Shown here in pieces: positions 38,182-48,339 of a stretch of DNA of 64,000 nt. Each line of letters starts with the position of its first letter. The stretch's first letter is position 1. Source of the DNA: Comamonas sp. (GTDB lineage Bacteria > Pseudomonadota > Gammaproteobacteria > Burkholderiales > Burkholderiaceae_C); NCBI GenBank assembly GCA_040396175.1, contig JBEBOZ010000005.1, positions 20,265 through 84,264 on the forward strand. The letters are read 5' to 3'. A model generated the notes under the pieces. The model made no database searches. It was not told where the DNA came from and saw only the letters and a list, made by a program, of their open reading frames with translations. A program made the position numbers and the translations under genes.

Positions 38182-39411
38182 ATGGCAATGACCATTAACA
38201 CCAATGTTGTGTCGATCAACGCGCAACGTAACCTGGGTCTGTCTGGCAATTCGCTGTCGACCTCCATGCAACGCCTGTCTTCGGGCCTGCGTGTGAACAG
38301 TGCCAAGGACGATGCCGCCGGTCTGGCCATCTCCGAACGCATGAGCACCCAGGTGCGTGGCCTGACCGTGGCTGCCCGCAATGCCAACGATGGCATCTCG
38401 CTGGCTCAAACGGCAGAAGGCGCGCTGGGCAAGGTGGGCGACATGCTGCAGCGTATGCGTGACCTGGCTGTGCAGTCCAGCAACGCGACCAACAGCGCCA
38501 GCGACCGCGAAGCCCTGCAGGCCGAGCTGAGCCAGCTGCGTGACGAAGTTGACCGTGTGGCCAAGACCACGACCTTCAACGGCGCCAAGCTGCTGGACGG
38601 CAGCTTCACCGGTGGCGTGTTCCAGGTGGGTGCCAACTCTGGCGACAACATCACCGTGGGTGCCCTGAGCAACACCAAGGTGACCGAGCTGGGCAACTCG
38701 ATCTATGGTTCCGGTGCGACGGCCGCTACGGCGACCGATGCCCTGCAGACCATCCTGGCGGGTAACGGCACTGTGGCCGCTGCGGACGTGACGATTGGTA
38801 TCCAAGGTGCCAATTCGACGGCTGTGCAGACGGTCACGATCAAGGCCGATGCCAACATGACCAAGGAACAGGCTCTGGGCAAGGCGATCGAAGCGATCAA
38901 CTCCAAGACCGCTGACACTGGCGTGACGGCTTTCCTGGAAGAAGATGCCGCTGGCGTGAAGCAGATCCAGCTGCGTGCGACCGAAGACACCTCGGGAACC
39001 GCTACGAGCGTGGCAGTCACGTACAGCTCCGGCACCAACGTGACCGGTACGGGCAACAACCTGGTGGCCGCTGGTACCCTGACCGAAGCCGGTGACAAGG
39101 GCATCGACCAGATCGACATCAGCACCCAGTCGGGCTCCTGGGAAGCCATGCAGCGTCTGGACAAGGCCATTGACAGCGTGAGCTCTGCACGTGGCCAGCT
39201 GGGTGCTCTGCAGACCCGCTTCGAGAAGGCTGTCGAAAACATCGACATCCAGAACGAAAACGTGACGGCTGCCCGTGGTCGCATCATCGATGCCGACTTC
39301 GCTTCCGAAACCGCCAACCTGAGCCGTGCTCAGATCCTGCAGCAAGCCGGTACCGCCATGGTGGCCCAGGCCAACCAGCTGCCGCAAAACGTGTTGAGCC
39401 TGCTGCGCTAA
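38182..39411 (+). CDS. fliC: Flagellin 3 (409 aa), tandem paralog of flagellin 2
   Basis: Same length as flagellin 2, closely similar central domain. Confidence 0.97.
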   Translation: MAMTINTNVVSINAQRNLGLSGNSLSTSMQRLSSGLRVNSAKDDAAGLAISERMSTQVRGLTVAARNANDGISLAQTAEGALGKVGDMLQRMRDLAVQSSNATNSASDREALQAELSQLRDEVDRVAKTTTFNGAKLLDGSFTGGVFQVGANSGDNITVGALSNTKVTELGNSIYGSGATAATATDALQTILAGNGTVAAADVTIGIQGANSTAVQTVTIKADANMTKEQALGKAIEAINSKTADTGVTAFLEEDAAGVKQIQLRATEDTSGTATSVAVTYSSGTNVTGTGNNLVAAGTLTEAGDKGIDQIDISTQSGSWEAMQRLDKAIDSVSSARGQLGALQTRFEKAVENIDIQNENVTAARGRIIDADFASETANLSRAQILQQAGTAMVAQANQLPQNVLSLLR

Positions 39412-39478
39412 TCAGCCAGGCAGCAACCATGACCTGTGATGGGCCATGGTTGCTGGCTGAATGAAAGTTTGCTTTTAT

Positions 39479-39510
39479 GACCGCCATGAATTCATGGTGG
39501 TCTTTTTTTT
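39479..39510 (+). terminator. Intrinsic terminator after flagellin 3
   Basis: GACCGCCATGAATTCATGGTGGTC followed by T8; a second hairpin (CAGCAACCATG...CATGGTTGCTG) lies upstream. Confidence 0.88.
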
Positions 39511-39585
39511 GCACAGGGCAGGCCAGTTCGTGGGGTCCTCGCGAAGCGAGTGAGGTGGGATCCGACAAACGGCGGTCGAAGGCCC

Positions 39586-39612
39586 TTAACTATCGGGAAA
39601 AACGGCCGATAT
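39586..39612 (+). promoter_or_regulatory. Sigma-28 promoter of fliDST
   Basis: TTAA-N15-GCCGATAT. Confidence 0.75.
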
Positions 39613-39763
39613 CTCAAATAGGCAAGGTGTAGGGGCTGCGGGTCAGGTGTACTGCCCGGTGCTCTCCGTTTATTTCGGCCTTTTGTATTCCGGCAAGAGG
39701 TTACACAATACGGGCAGTTTCAGATCTGTGCAGACCGGCACGGATCAGCAAGGAGTGTGCAAT

Positions 39764-41212
39764 ATGGGCGTTTCATCCGTAGGTATCGGCAGCGGGCTGA
39801 AGGTTGACGAGATCGTCTCCCAGCTGGTGGAGCTCGAGAAAAAACCACTGGAAACGCTGCAGTCGAAGGCAGAAATCATCAGCGCCAAGATCTCGTCCTA
39901 TGGGCAGATCAAGTCCTTGATGGATGACCTCAATACCGCCGCCCGGGATTTGACATTGGACCGCACCTGGGGTGCTTCCAAGGTGTCGTCCTCCGGTTCT
40001 GCTGCCACAGGTGCCATGACCGGGTTGGCGGCCGCTGGCTCCTACAACGTCAATGTGCTGCAGCTCGCGCAGAGCCAGACCTCGGTGACGACCAAGCTGG
40101 CCAAGGGCGCCACGATGGACGTGTCAGGGGTGATGCGTTTCAAGATTGGTAACCTGGAAACCAAGTCCTTTGACCTGACCATCAATGCGTCGGATACGCT
40201 GCAGAACGTGGCGGACAAGATCAACGGCGACACCAATATCAGCAAGTCCGTGGTGGCCACCGTGATCAAGGACAGCTCGGGCAAAGAGCAACTGATGATC
40301 CGTTCGCGGGAAACCGGCCTGGACAGCAAGTTTGAGGTCAGCCTGGGGTCGGGCGTCGATGCCAATGGCGACCTGGAGGCGTTTGGTGCGTTGGACACCG
40401 GCAATCTGGTGACATTGGCGGGCGCAGGTGGCGTCACGACCACGCAGGCCGCCAAGAACGCCGAGATGGAACTCAACGGTGTGAAGCTGGAATCGAACAC
40501 CAACACCTTTGCCGAGACCATCCCGGGGCTGTCGATCTCGGTATCGGCAGTGGGAACCTCGCTGCTGACGATCGCGCCCGACAAGGATGCGGTGCAGGCC
40601 AGCATCCAGAAATTTGTGGATGCCTACAACGCGGTGAACGATCTGTTGTCGCAGTCGACCAAGAGCGTGCGCACCGCGGATGGCAAAACGGATGACGCCG
40701 CCATCAAGGATGGCAGCGGATTGCTGCAGGGAGACAGCAGCACGGTGAGCCTGCAGAATTCCTTGCGAATGATGCTGCAGCGCGTGTCCAGCAACGCGAC
40801 AGGGGCCTACACGCGCCTGTCTGAAGTCGGCATGCAGATGCAGCAGGGTGGCAAGCTGACCGTGGATACGGAAAAGATGACCGCCGCGCTGAAGGATGTG
40901 GATTCGCTCAAGAGCCTGTTCACTGCCAAGGCCGATGCGCAAGGCGCAGGTGGCGGCGTGGCCACCAATTACAAGACGTTCACCGACGAGCTGCTGGCTT
41001 GGGAGGGAACGCTCAACAACAAGACCGACGCCTTGCAGAAACAGCTGGACAACAACGGTGACCAGCAGGACAAGGTGAATGCCCGGGCCTCTACGCTGGA
41101 AACCCGTCTGCGTGCACAGTACAGCGCGCTGGATGTGAAGATGGCATCGCTCAATGCTTTGGATTCCTACGTCAGCCAGATGGTGACGACCTGGAACAAG
41201 TCGAGTGATTGA
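39764..41212 (+). CDS. fliD: Filament cap FliD
   Basis: GIGSGLKVDEIVSQL, ISSYGQIKS, LRAQYSALD; AGGAG SD. Confidence 0.95.
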   Translation: MGVSSVGIGSGLKVDEIVSQLVELEKKPLETLQSKAEIISAKISSYGQIKSLMDDLNTAARDLTLDRTWGASKVSSSGSAATGAMTGLAAAGSYNVNVLQLAQSQTSVTTKLAKGATMDVSGVMRFKIGNLETKSFDLTINASDTLQNVADKINGDTNISKSVVATVIKDSSGKEQLMIRSRETGLDSKFEVSLGSGVDANGDLEAFGALDTGNLVTLAGAGGVTTTQAAKNAEMELNGVKLESNTNTFAETIPGLSISVSAVGTSLLTIAPDKDAVQASIQKFVDAYNAVNDLLSQSTKSVRTADGKTDDAAIKDGSGLLQGDSSTVSLQNSLRMMLQRVSSNATGAYTRLSEVGMQMQQGGKLTVDTEKMTAALKDVDSLKSLFTAKADAQGAGGGVATNYKTFTDELLAWEGTLNNKTDALQKQLDNNGDQQDKVNARASTLETRLRAQYSALDVKMASLNALDSYVSQMVTTWNKSSD

Positions 41213-41265
41213 GTTGGCTGGGCCAGCGGTTTTATTGCCAACAAATTAGGTGCACAAGGAATTAC

Positions 41266-41685
41266 ATGTTTTCGTCCACAGGTTTCAGCAAAGCGAATGC
41301 CTACCGCCAGGTAGGGGTGCACTCCGGCGTTGAAGATGCCTCTCCGCATATGCTGATTCAGATGCTGTTCGATGGCCTGTTCCAGTCGCTGAATGCGGCG
41401 CGCGGCGCCATCGAGCGCGGGGATATCGAGGAGAAGGGGCAGCTGATCTCCCGGTCCGTTCGCATTCTCCAGGAAGGGCTGATCATGGGCCTGGACATGG
41501 AAAAAGGCGGCGAACTGGCTGCAAATCTGCGCTTGCTGTATGACTACTGTGTGGCACAGTTGACCAAGGCCAATCTGCACAGCGATGCATCGCTGGTGGA
41601 AGAGGTGATCAGCGTTTTACAGCCTGTGGCACAGGGGTGGAAAGAAATTGGTTCTCAGGTGGATACAGTCGCACGTGGAGACTGA
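41266..41685 (+). CDS. fliS: Flagellin chaperone FliS
   Basis: ASPHMLIQMLFDG, GGELAANLRLLYDY. Confidence 0.96.
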   Translation: MFSSTGFSKANAYRQVGVHSGVEDASPHMLIQMLFDGLFQSLNAARGAIERGDIEEKGQLISRSVRILQEGLIMGLDMEKGGELAANLRLLYDYCVAQLTKANLHSDASLVEEVISVLQPVAQGWKEIGSQVDTVARGD

Positions 41686-41686
41686 G

Positions 41687-41986
41687 ATGGAGATGCAGTT
41701 GTTGGATTACTACAAAGCAATCGAAGCGAAGAGCGCAGACATGCTGCAAGCAGCCCAGTCTCATGATTGGGATGCGGTGGTCGACTGTGAAAAAGCCTGT
41801 GGCGTGCTGATCAATGAACTGCGTGTCCAGGCCGAGCAGAATGTGCTGTCCGTCGTGGAGCGCAAGGAAAAGACGCGCATCATGCAGCGCATTCTGCGCA
41901 ACGATGCGCAGATCCGCATCCTGGCCGAGCCCTGGTTGGCGCAGCTGGACCATCTGGGCAAGGTGCCGGCATCGGTGATGCACTGA
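41687..41986 (+). CDS. fliT: FliT chaperone
   Basis: MLQAAQSHDWD, RILRNDAQIRILAEPW. Confidence 0.9.
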   Translation: MEMQLLDYYKAIEAKSADMLQAAQSHDWDAVVDCEKACGVLINELRVQAEQNVLSVVERKEKTRIMQRILRNDAQIRILAEPWLAQLDHLGKVPASVMH

Positions 41987-42008
41987 TCCTTTTTGATTCG
42001 ACGAGCCG

Positions 42009-42050
42009 CAAGGCCCGCATGCCGAGAGGTGTGCGGGCCTTGTTGCATTG
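42009..42050 (+). terminator. Hairpin or terminator after fliT
   Basis: CAAGGCCCGCATGCC-GAGA-GGTGTGCGGGCCTTG with a GNRA loop and weak U tail. Confidence 0.65.
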
Positions 42051-42259
42051 GCACCCGACCTGTTCTTTGCTGCTCAGCGGCCGAAACGGCGTTGTGGAAT
42101 CCCGGTCCATGCATAGGCGTGACGCGGGATGGTTGGTGTGTGCGGCGGGAATGGGTGGGTCGCGTGTTGCTTGTGGCGCGGCTGCCTGCGCTGCCACCTC
42201 CAGGATCAGAAAGGCGGCTGTCTTTGGATGGCTGGTGCGGTCAGGCGCTGTTGATGGGC

Positions 42260-42289
42260 AAAAAAAAGCCACAGATTGCTCCGTGGCTA
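42260..42289 (-). terminator. Intrinsic terminator after fliE
   Basis: A-run-GCCAC...GTGGCT on plus; a further perfect 10-bp hairpin at 42323-42347. Confidence 0.75.
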
Positions 42290-42358
42290 CTTGAAGTGTG
42301 AAGTGTGAAAAGGAAAGGGGGTGAATGCATGCGGCGGGCATGCATTCGAATGGAGTGA

Positions 42359-42679
42359 TTACACCTGCATGTTCATCACGTCGGTGTAGGCCTGGACCAG
42401 GCGATTGCGTACGTGCAGCGTGGCCTGGAAGCCGATTTGTGCCTTTTGCATGGCCACCATGGTTTCTTCCAGGCTGACCGATGGATTTTCCAGCTGCACT
42501 TCTTTTTGCAGGTGGGAAGAATGGTTCTGCGAGGCGCTGACCGAGCGCAGAGCGCTTTCCAGCTCGGTGCTGAAGCCGTTGCCCTGGGCCTCGGCCTTTT
42601 GCAGAGGTTTGGTCAGGCGGGCGGTCAGGTCGCCGCCGGCAGAGACGGGTGAGGTCGCGCTATGAAGACGGAGGTCCAT
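42359..42679 (-). CDS. fliE: Hook-basal body protein FliE
   Basis: LEETMVAMQKAQIGFQATLHVRNRLVQAYTDVMNMQV. Confidence 0.96.
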   Translation of the reverse strand: MDLRLHSATSPVSAGGDLTARLTKPLQKAEAQGNGFSTELESALRSVSASQNHSSHLQKEVQLENPSVSLEETMVAMQKAQIGFQATLHVRNRLVQAYTDVMNMQV

Positions 42680-42713
42680 GGTGGGTTCCTGATGGTGACT
42701 TGAAGATGGCGCA

Positions 42714-42805
42714 ATCGTAGGCGGGTAGGGAAAGTGCATCTGGGGGAATAAAGCGGGAAAGCCGCGCCTTATTGGGGGAACGCCGGCGGGGGGATTTCGC
42801 ATACT
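42714..42805. promoter_or_regulatory. Divergent class-2 promoter pair for fliE and fliF
   Basis: GGAATAA(42745)-N17-TTATTGG(42769); minus -10 TACGAT at 25 nt, plus -10 CATACT at 24 nt. Confidence 0.75.
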
Positions 42806-42860
42806 CGGCACCACGTTGGGCTCCGTGTCGGGCCCGCACTTTCTGTTTGTGGAAGAACCC

Positions 42861-44555
42861 ATGTCCGCTGTCGCACAAGTCCCTGTTGCCGAGAACCCGC
42901 CTCCCGTAGTCACGCAGGCGCCTGCCAGTTGGCAGCAGCGCATCAGCGACATGGACCGCGGCCAACGCCTGCGCTGGGGTGCGGTTGCCGCTGTGGCCGT
43001 GGCCGCTGTGGCTGCGGCCTTCTTCTTCAGCCGCCAGCCGGATTACCGGGTGCTGTTCTCCAACCTCAGCGACAAGGATGGCGGCGCCATTGTGGCGCAG
43101 CTGGCGGGCATGAACGTGCCTTACAAGTACACCGAAGGCGGTGGCGCCATCATGATTCCGGCCGACCGCGTGCATGACGTGCGCCTGAAGCTGGCCACGC
43201 AAGGCCTGCCCAAGGGTTCGGTGTCGGGCTTTGAGATCATGGAGGGCAGCAAGTTCGGTATCACCCAGTTCCAGGAGCGTGTGAACTACCAGCGCGCGCT
43301 GGAAGGCGAGCTGACACGTTCCATCCAGGGCCTGTCGGCGGTGCAGAACGCCCGCGTGCACCTGGCCCTGCCCAACCAGAATGGATTTTTCCGTGAGCAG
43401 CAAAAGCCTTCGGCTTCGGTGCTGCTGACGTTGTACCCCGGCCGTGTGCTGGACCGCACCCAGATTGCCGGCATCGTGCACCTGGTCTCGTCCAGCGTGC
43501 CGGAGCTGCTGCCCACGGCGGTCAGCGTGCTGGATGACAGCGGCAAGCTGCTGTCGCAGGCGCCGGATGGCAAGGACAGCCCGGTCGATCTGCAGCAGCT
43601 GATGTTCCAGCAGCAGCTGGAAAAGCAATACACCCAGCGCATTCTAGACATCCTGGAGCCCGTGGTGGGCAAGGGCAATGTCAAAGCCCAGGTGACGGCC
43701 GAGCTGGACTTCTCGCAGTCCGAATCCACCACCGAGCAGCACAACCCCAACCAGGGCCAGGCGCCCAGTGCCGTGCGCAGCCAGCAGGTGGTGGAGAGCA
43801 CCGGTGAGCAAAAGCCCCAGCCACCGACTGGCGTGCCCGGCGCCACCAGCAACCAGCCGCCCCAGCAGAACCAGGCGCCGATCAACAGCAACAATGCTCC
43901 GGTGCTGCAGGCTGCCAATGGCACGCAAAAGGCCGACTTCATGACCATCCCCGGCAGCAAGCGCGAGTCGGTGACCAATTTTGAAGTGGACAAGACCGTC
44001 AGGGTCACCCGCAACAGCACCGGTGGCATCAAGCGCATGACGGCCGCAGTGGTGGTCAATTACCTGCCCGTGGCGGCCGCCGAAGGCGAAGGTGCTGCGG
44101 CACCGAAGGCGCTGCCGGCAGAGCAGCAGGCCCAGATGCTGGCTCTGGTGCGCGAGACCATTGGCTACAACGCCGATCGCGGGGACTCCGTCAACCTGAT
44201 GAACGCACCTTTCCGCGTGGAAAAGGTGAATGTTGAAAACCTGCCGCTGTGGCGCCAGCCTGAAACCATTGAGCTGGCCAAGACCCTGGCCTGGCCTGTG
44301 GGTCTGGGTGTGGCCGCTGCCGTGGTCCTGCTGGGTCTGCTGCTGCGCCGCCGCAAGCAGAAGAAGCAGGAAGCGACTGCCGTGGACTTGCTGGCGGCCG
44401 AAGAGCTGGAACGCCCTGCATTGGCCGCGCCACTGAAGCCGGGCGAGCCTTCGCCCGAGCAGATTCGACTGGAGCAGGCGCGTGCCCTGGCCAAACAAAA
44501 CCCGATTGCGGTGGCCAATATCGTCAAGACCTGGATCAGCGGCGAGGCGTCCTGA
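42861..44555 (+). CDS. fliF: MS-ring protein FliF
   Basis: YQRALEGELTRSI, ARVHLALP, KPSASV. Confidence 0.97.
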   Translation: MSAVAQVPVAENPPPVVTQAPASWQQRISDMDRGQRLRWGAVAAVAVAAVAAAFFFSRQPDYRVLFSNLSDKDGGAIVAQLAGMNVPYKYTEGGGAIMIPADRVHDVRLKLATQGLPKGSVSGFEIMEGSKFGITQFQERVNYQRALEGELTRSIQGLSAVQNARVHLALPNQNGFFREQQKPSASVLLTLYPGRVLDRTQIAGIVHLVSSSVPELLPTAVSVLDDSGKLLSQAPDGKDSPVDLQQLMFQQQLEKQYTQRILDILEPVVGKGNVKAQVTAELDFSQSESTTEQHNPNQGQAPSAVRSQQVVESTGEQKPQPPTGVPGATSNQPPQQNQAPINSNNAPVLQAANGTQKADFMTIPGSKRESVTNFEVDKTVRVTRNSTGGIKRMTAAVVVNYLPVAAAEGEGAAAPKALPAEQQAQMLALVRETIGYNADRGDSVNLMNAPFRVEKVNVENLPLWRQPETIELAKTLAWPVGLGVAAAVVLLGLLLRRRKQKKQEATAVDLLAAEELERPALAAPLKPGEPSPEQIRLEQARALAKQNPIAVANIVKTWISGEAS

Positions 44556-44595
44556 AGCGACTCCTTGATTCCACACCACATACAAAGAGAATCTT

Positions 44596-45591
44596 ATGGA
44601 TGACCGTGGCCTGAACGACGCCGCCATTTTGTTGATGTCCCTGGGCGAGGAGGAGGCGGCCGAGGTGTTCAAACACCTGTCGCCCAAGGAAGTGCAGAAG
44701 CTGGGTGAGACCATTGCCCGCATGCGCGCCGTGTCCAAGGAAAAAGTGGATTTCGTGATCGCCCGCTTCACGGACGATTGCGCCGCCCAAAGCCTGCTGG
44801 TGGAAGATGCCAGCGGCTATGTGAAGTCGGTGCTCCGGCGCGCGCTGGGCGACGACAAGGCCGCCCTGCTGCTGGACCGCATCCTGCAGGGCGGTGACGT
44901 CTCGGGCATTGAAAGCCTGAAGTGGATGGACCCGGTGTCCGTGGCTGAACTGCTGCGCAATGAACACCCGCAGATCGTGGCGGCCATCCTGGTCCACCTG
45001 GAGCATGAACAGGCGGCGGCCGTGCTGATGCAGCTGCCCGAACGCCTGCGCAGCGAAGTGATGCTGCGTGTGGCCACGCTGGAAGGTATCCAGCCCTCGG
45101 CCCTGAAGGACCTGAACGAGGTGCTTTACAAGGTGCTGGCAGGTGGCGACAAGATCCGCAAGACATCGCTGGGCGGTGTGAAGACCGCTGCCGAAATCAT
45201 CAACCAGCTGGGCGGCAATGCCGATGTGGCGGTGCTGGACACCATCCGCAACTACGACGCCGACCTAGCGCAGAAGATCATGGACAAGATGTTCGTGTTC
45301 GACGACCTGGTCAAGCTGGACGACCGTTCGCTGCAGTTGGTGTTGCGCGAAGTGCCGTCCGAGACCCTGATCGTGTCGCTCAAGGGCGGCTCGATGGAGG
45401 TGCGCGACAAGATTCTGGCGAATATGTCCATGCGTGCTTCGGCAGCCCTCAAGGAAGACCTGGAGTCCCGCGGCCCCATGCGCCTGTCGGAAGTGGAAGC
45501 GCAGCAGAAGGAAATCCTGAAGGTGGTGCGCCGTCTGGCCGAAGAAAACCAGATCACCATCGGCGGTGGTGCCGAAGACAGCTTCGTGTGA
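44596..45591 (+). CDS. fliG: Switch protein FliG
   Basis: AAILLMSLGEE, EHPQIVA, MFVFDDL. Confidence 0.97.
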   Translation: MDDRGLNDAAILLMSLGEEEAAEVFKHLSPKEVQKLGETIARMRAVSKEKVDFVIARFTDDCAAQSLLVEDASGYVKSVLRRALGDDKAALLLDRILQGGDVSGIESLKWMDPVSVAELLRNEHPQIVAAILVHLEHEQAAAVLMQLPERLRSEVMLRVATLEGIQPSALKDLNEVLYKVLAGGDKIRKTSLGGVKTAAEIINQLGGNADVAVLDTIRNYDADLAQKIMDKMFVFDDLVKLDDRSLQLVLREVPSETLIVSLKGGSMEVRDKILANMSMRASAALKEDLESRGPMRLSEVEAQQKEILKVVRRLAEENQITIGGGAEDSFV

Positions 45592-45601
45592 GGACGTGGT
45601 C

Positions 45602-46453
45602 ATGACAAGTTCCACCCACCACTACGCACGTTTCATCCCCAGCGAAGAGATCGATGCCCAGTCCGTGCGCCACTGGCAGTTCGGCGATGTACAGAAGTCC
45701 GCGCCGGGCGCTGCGCTGCAGCCCCTGCACGAGCTGGCCACGCTGACGGACCTGCTGCCACCGCCAGCCCCGCAAGGCATGGCGGCGCAGGCACTGGCCG
45801 AAGAGGCGGTGGTGGCGGAAGAGGAAAACGCCGTCCAACTGCGCGAAGAAGAGGTGCATGCCCAGCTCGAACAGGCGCGCCAGGAGGCGCATGACGCAGG
45901 CTATGAGGCCGGCATGCAGGCCGGCCATGGGCTGGGGCAGGAAGAGGGCAAGCAGCAAGCGGGCGCCGAATGGCAGCACCGTTTTGACGACTACATGGCC
46001 CAGCAAGGCCGCCAGGCGGCCGAGCAGTTGCAAGCGGTGCTCCAGGCTGCGCAGCGCGACGTGCAGGGCATGCAGCAGCGCATGGCGCCGGATGTGTTGC
46101 AACTGGCCTGCGATATTGCGCGCCAGGTGGTGCGGCAGGAGCTGCGCAGCAATCCCCAGGCCCTGCTGCCGGTGGTGCGCGAGGCGCTGGACATGATGTC
46201 GGCCGAATCCAAGCCCGCCACGGTGCGCCTGAATCCCCAGGATTGGGAGCGCCTGCAGGAGCCCTTGAAGGCCGCCCACCCGCAGCCCAAGATCGAATGG
46301 CTGGCGGATGCCAGTGTGAAGCCAGGCGACTGCCTGGTGGAAAGCGCCGGGGCCCAAGTGGATGGCAGCCTGGAGCGCCGCTGGCAGCGTGCCGTGGCCG
46401 CGCTGGGTCTGGTGTCCACCTGGTACGACGGAGCACCTGCCCATGGCCAATGA
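45602..46453 (+). CDS. fliH: FliH
   Basis: GxxxG repeats ([14 protein letters not shown]), VRLNPQD, GDCLVES. Confidence 0.92.
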   Translation: MTSSTHHYARFIPSEEIDAQSVRHWQFGDVQKSAPGAALQPLHELATLTDLLPPPAPQGMAAQALAEEAVVAEEENAVQLREEEVHAQLEQARQEAHDAGYEAGMQAGHGLGQEEGKQQAGAEWQHRFDDYMAQQGRQAAEQLQAVLQAAQRDVQGMQQRMAPDVLQLACDIARQVVRQELRSNPQALLPVVREALDMMSAESKPATVRLNPQDWERLQEPLKAAHPQPKIEWLADASVKPGDCLVESAGAQVDGSLERRWQRAVAALGLVSTWYDGAPAHGQ

Positions 46454-47852
46454 CACCGATATGCCCGTGGCCGATCAGCTGCAGCAATTCTTGCGCTTGG
46501 GCAGCGAACGGTTGCGCCAGCCAGTGCCGCTGCACAGCCACGGAACGCTCACCCGCCTGACGGGCCTGGTGCTGGAAGCGTCGGGCCTGCGCGTGCCGGT
46601 GGGTTCGCAATGCCATCTGCAGATGCCGGGGCAGGAGCCGGTGCTGGCCGAGGTGGTGGGTTTTGCGGGCGACCGCGCCTTTCTGATGCCGGCGGGGGAT
46701 ATCCAGGGCTTGTCTTGCGGTGCGACCGTGACACCGGCCGAGCCCTATGTGCCGCCGTTGCAGCTGGGCGATACCGAAGTGCCGGTGCTGACCAAAGGCG
46801 TGCTGCGGCTGCCCATGGGAGATGGCCTGCTGGGGCGGGTGGTGGATTCGCAAGGCGTTCCGCTGGACCATGCCGGCCCGCTGGCGAATGTGCAGGCCGA
46901 GACCCTGGACCGCGAACCCATCAATGCCATGGAGCGTGCCCCTGTGCGCGAAAGCCTGGACACCGGTGTGCGGGCCATCAACGCCTTGCTGACCGTGGGG
47001 CGTGGGCAGCGTCTGGGTCTGTTCGCGGGTTCTGGCGTCGGCAAATCGGTGCTGCTGGGCATGATGGCCCGCTATACCAAGGCCGATGTCATCGTGGTGG
47101 GCCTGATCGGCGAACGGGGCCGCGAAGTCAAGGAATTCGTGGAAGATATTCTGGGGGCGCAGGACCGCTCGCGCGCCGTGGTGGTGGCAGCGCCGGCCGA
47201 TGCGCCGCCGCTGCTGCGCATGCAGGGCGCCAATTACGCCACTGCCATTGCCGAGCATTTCCGCGACAAGGGCCAGCATGTGCTGCTGCTGATGGATTCG
47301 CTCACGCGTTACGCCCAGGCGCAGCGCGAGATCGCCTTGGCGATTGGCGAACCACCGGCCACCAAGGGCTATCCGCCGTCGTGTTTTGCCAAGCTGCCCG
47401 GCCTGGTGGAGCGCAGCGGCAACGGCCTGCATGGCGTGGGCTCGATCACGGCGTTCTATACCGTGCTGTCCGAAGGCGACGACCAGCAGGATCCCATTGC
47501 CGATGCGTCGCGCGCCATTCTGGACGGGCACTTTGTGCTGTCGCGTGCGCTGGCGGAGCAGGGGCATTACCCGGCCATCGACATCGAGCAATCCGCGTCG
47601 CGGGTCATGCACAACGTGGTCACGCGTGAGCACTTCGACCTAGCTAGGCGGTTTAGGGCTGTCTATTCCTGCTATCAAAAGAGTAGGGATTTGATACAAG
47701 TAGGGGCTTATATGAGTGGCTCCGATCCCGCAGTGGATGAAGCCATTCGGCTGCAGCCCTCCATGGTGCAGTTCCTGCAGCAAACCATGTTTGAGGCGGC
47801 GCCCATGGAACAGAGTCTGTTGGACATGGCTGCGGTCCTGGAACAGCAGTGA
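46443..47852 (+). CDS. fliI: Export ATPase FliI
   Basis: [28 protein letters not shown]. Confidence 0.97.
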   Translation: MANDTDMPVADQLQQFLRLGSERLRQPVPLHSHGTLTRLTGLVLEASGLRVPVGSQCHLQMPGQEPVLAEVVGFAGDRAFLMPAGDIQGLSCGATVTPAEPYVPPLQLGDTEVPVLTKGVLRLPMGDGLLGRVVDSQGVPLDHAGPLANVQAETLDREPINAMERAPVRESLDTGVRAINALLTVGRGQRLGLFAGSGVGKSVLLGMMARYTKADVIVVGLIGERGREVKEFVEDILGAQDRSRAVVVAAPADAPPLLRMQGANYATAIAEHFRDKGQHVLLLMDSLTRYAQAQREIALAIGEPPATKGYPPSCFAKLPGLVERSGNGLHGVGSITAFYTVLSEGDDQQDPIADASRAILDGHFVLSRALAEQGHYPAIDIEQSASRVMHNVVTREHFDLARRFRAVYSCYQKSRDLIQVGAYMSGSDPAVDEAIRLQPSMVQFLQQTMFEAAPMEQSLLDMAAVLEQQ

Positions 47853-47872
47853 GCATATAAAGGGAGACGCTG

Positions 47873-48337
47873 ATGTCATCACTTCACGCCTTGATGGTGG
47901 CCATTGAAATGGCCACGCGCAAACGCGATGAGGCCCGCCAGGCCTTGCGCGAGCGCCAGCGTGCGCATGCGGCTGCACAGTCCCAGATGGAGCAGCTGGA
48001 AAGTTACACGGAAGAAATGCGCCAGCGCTGGGCGCCGCAGGAAGGGGCCGAGCTGAAGCTGGAGGTGATGTACCACCACGAGCAGTTCATGGCGCGACTG
48101 CAGCATGCGATCGGTTTACAGACCCGGGTGATGCAGGACCAGGCGATCCGCCTGGAGGCTGCCCAGAAGGCCCTGATGGCCACCGAGCTGCGCCTGTCCA
48201 GCCTGAACAAGGTGGTGGAGACGCGCCGCCGTGACATCGCGCTGGCACAACTGCGCCGGGAACAGAAACAAACGGACGAGCGTGCTGCGCTGCAGTTCAT
48301 CGGCCGCACTTTCGGCATGCAGTTCCAGGAGGCCTGA
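47873..48337 (+). CDS. fliJ: FliJ
   Basis: Coiled coil, REQKQTDERA, follows fliI. Confidence 0.92.
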   Translation: MSSLHALMVAIEMATRKRDEARQALRERQRAHAAAQSQMEQLESYTEEMRQRWAPQEGAELKLEVMYHHEQFMARLQHAIGLQTRVMQDQAIRLEAAQKALMATELRLSSLNKVVETRRRDIALAQLRREQKQTDERAALQFIGRTFGMQFQEA

Positions 48338-48339
48338 GC

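Noticed and set aside
41993-42341. Small ORFs in the fliT-fliE gap
   Set aside because: They overlap terminator hairpins, lack an SD and show no protein-like features
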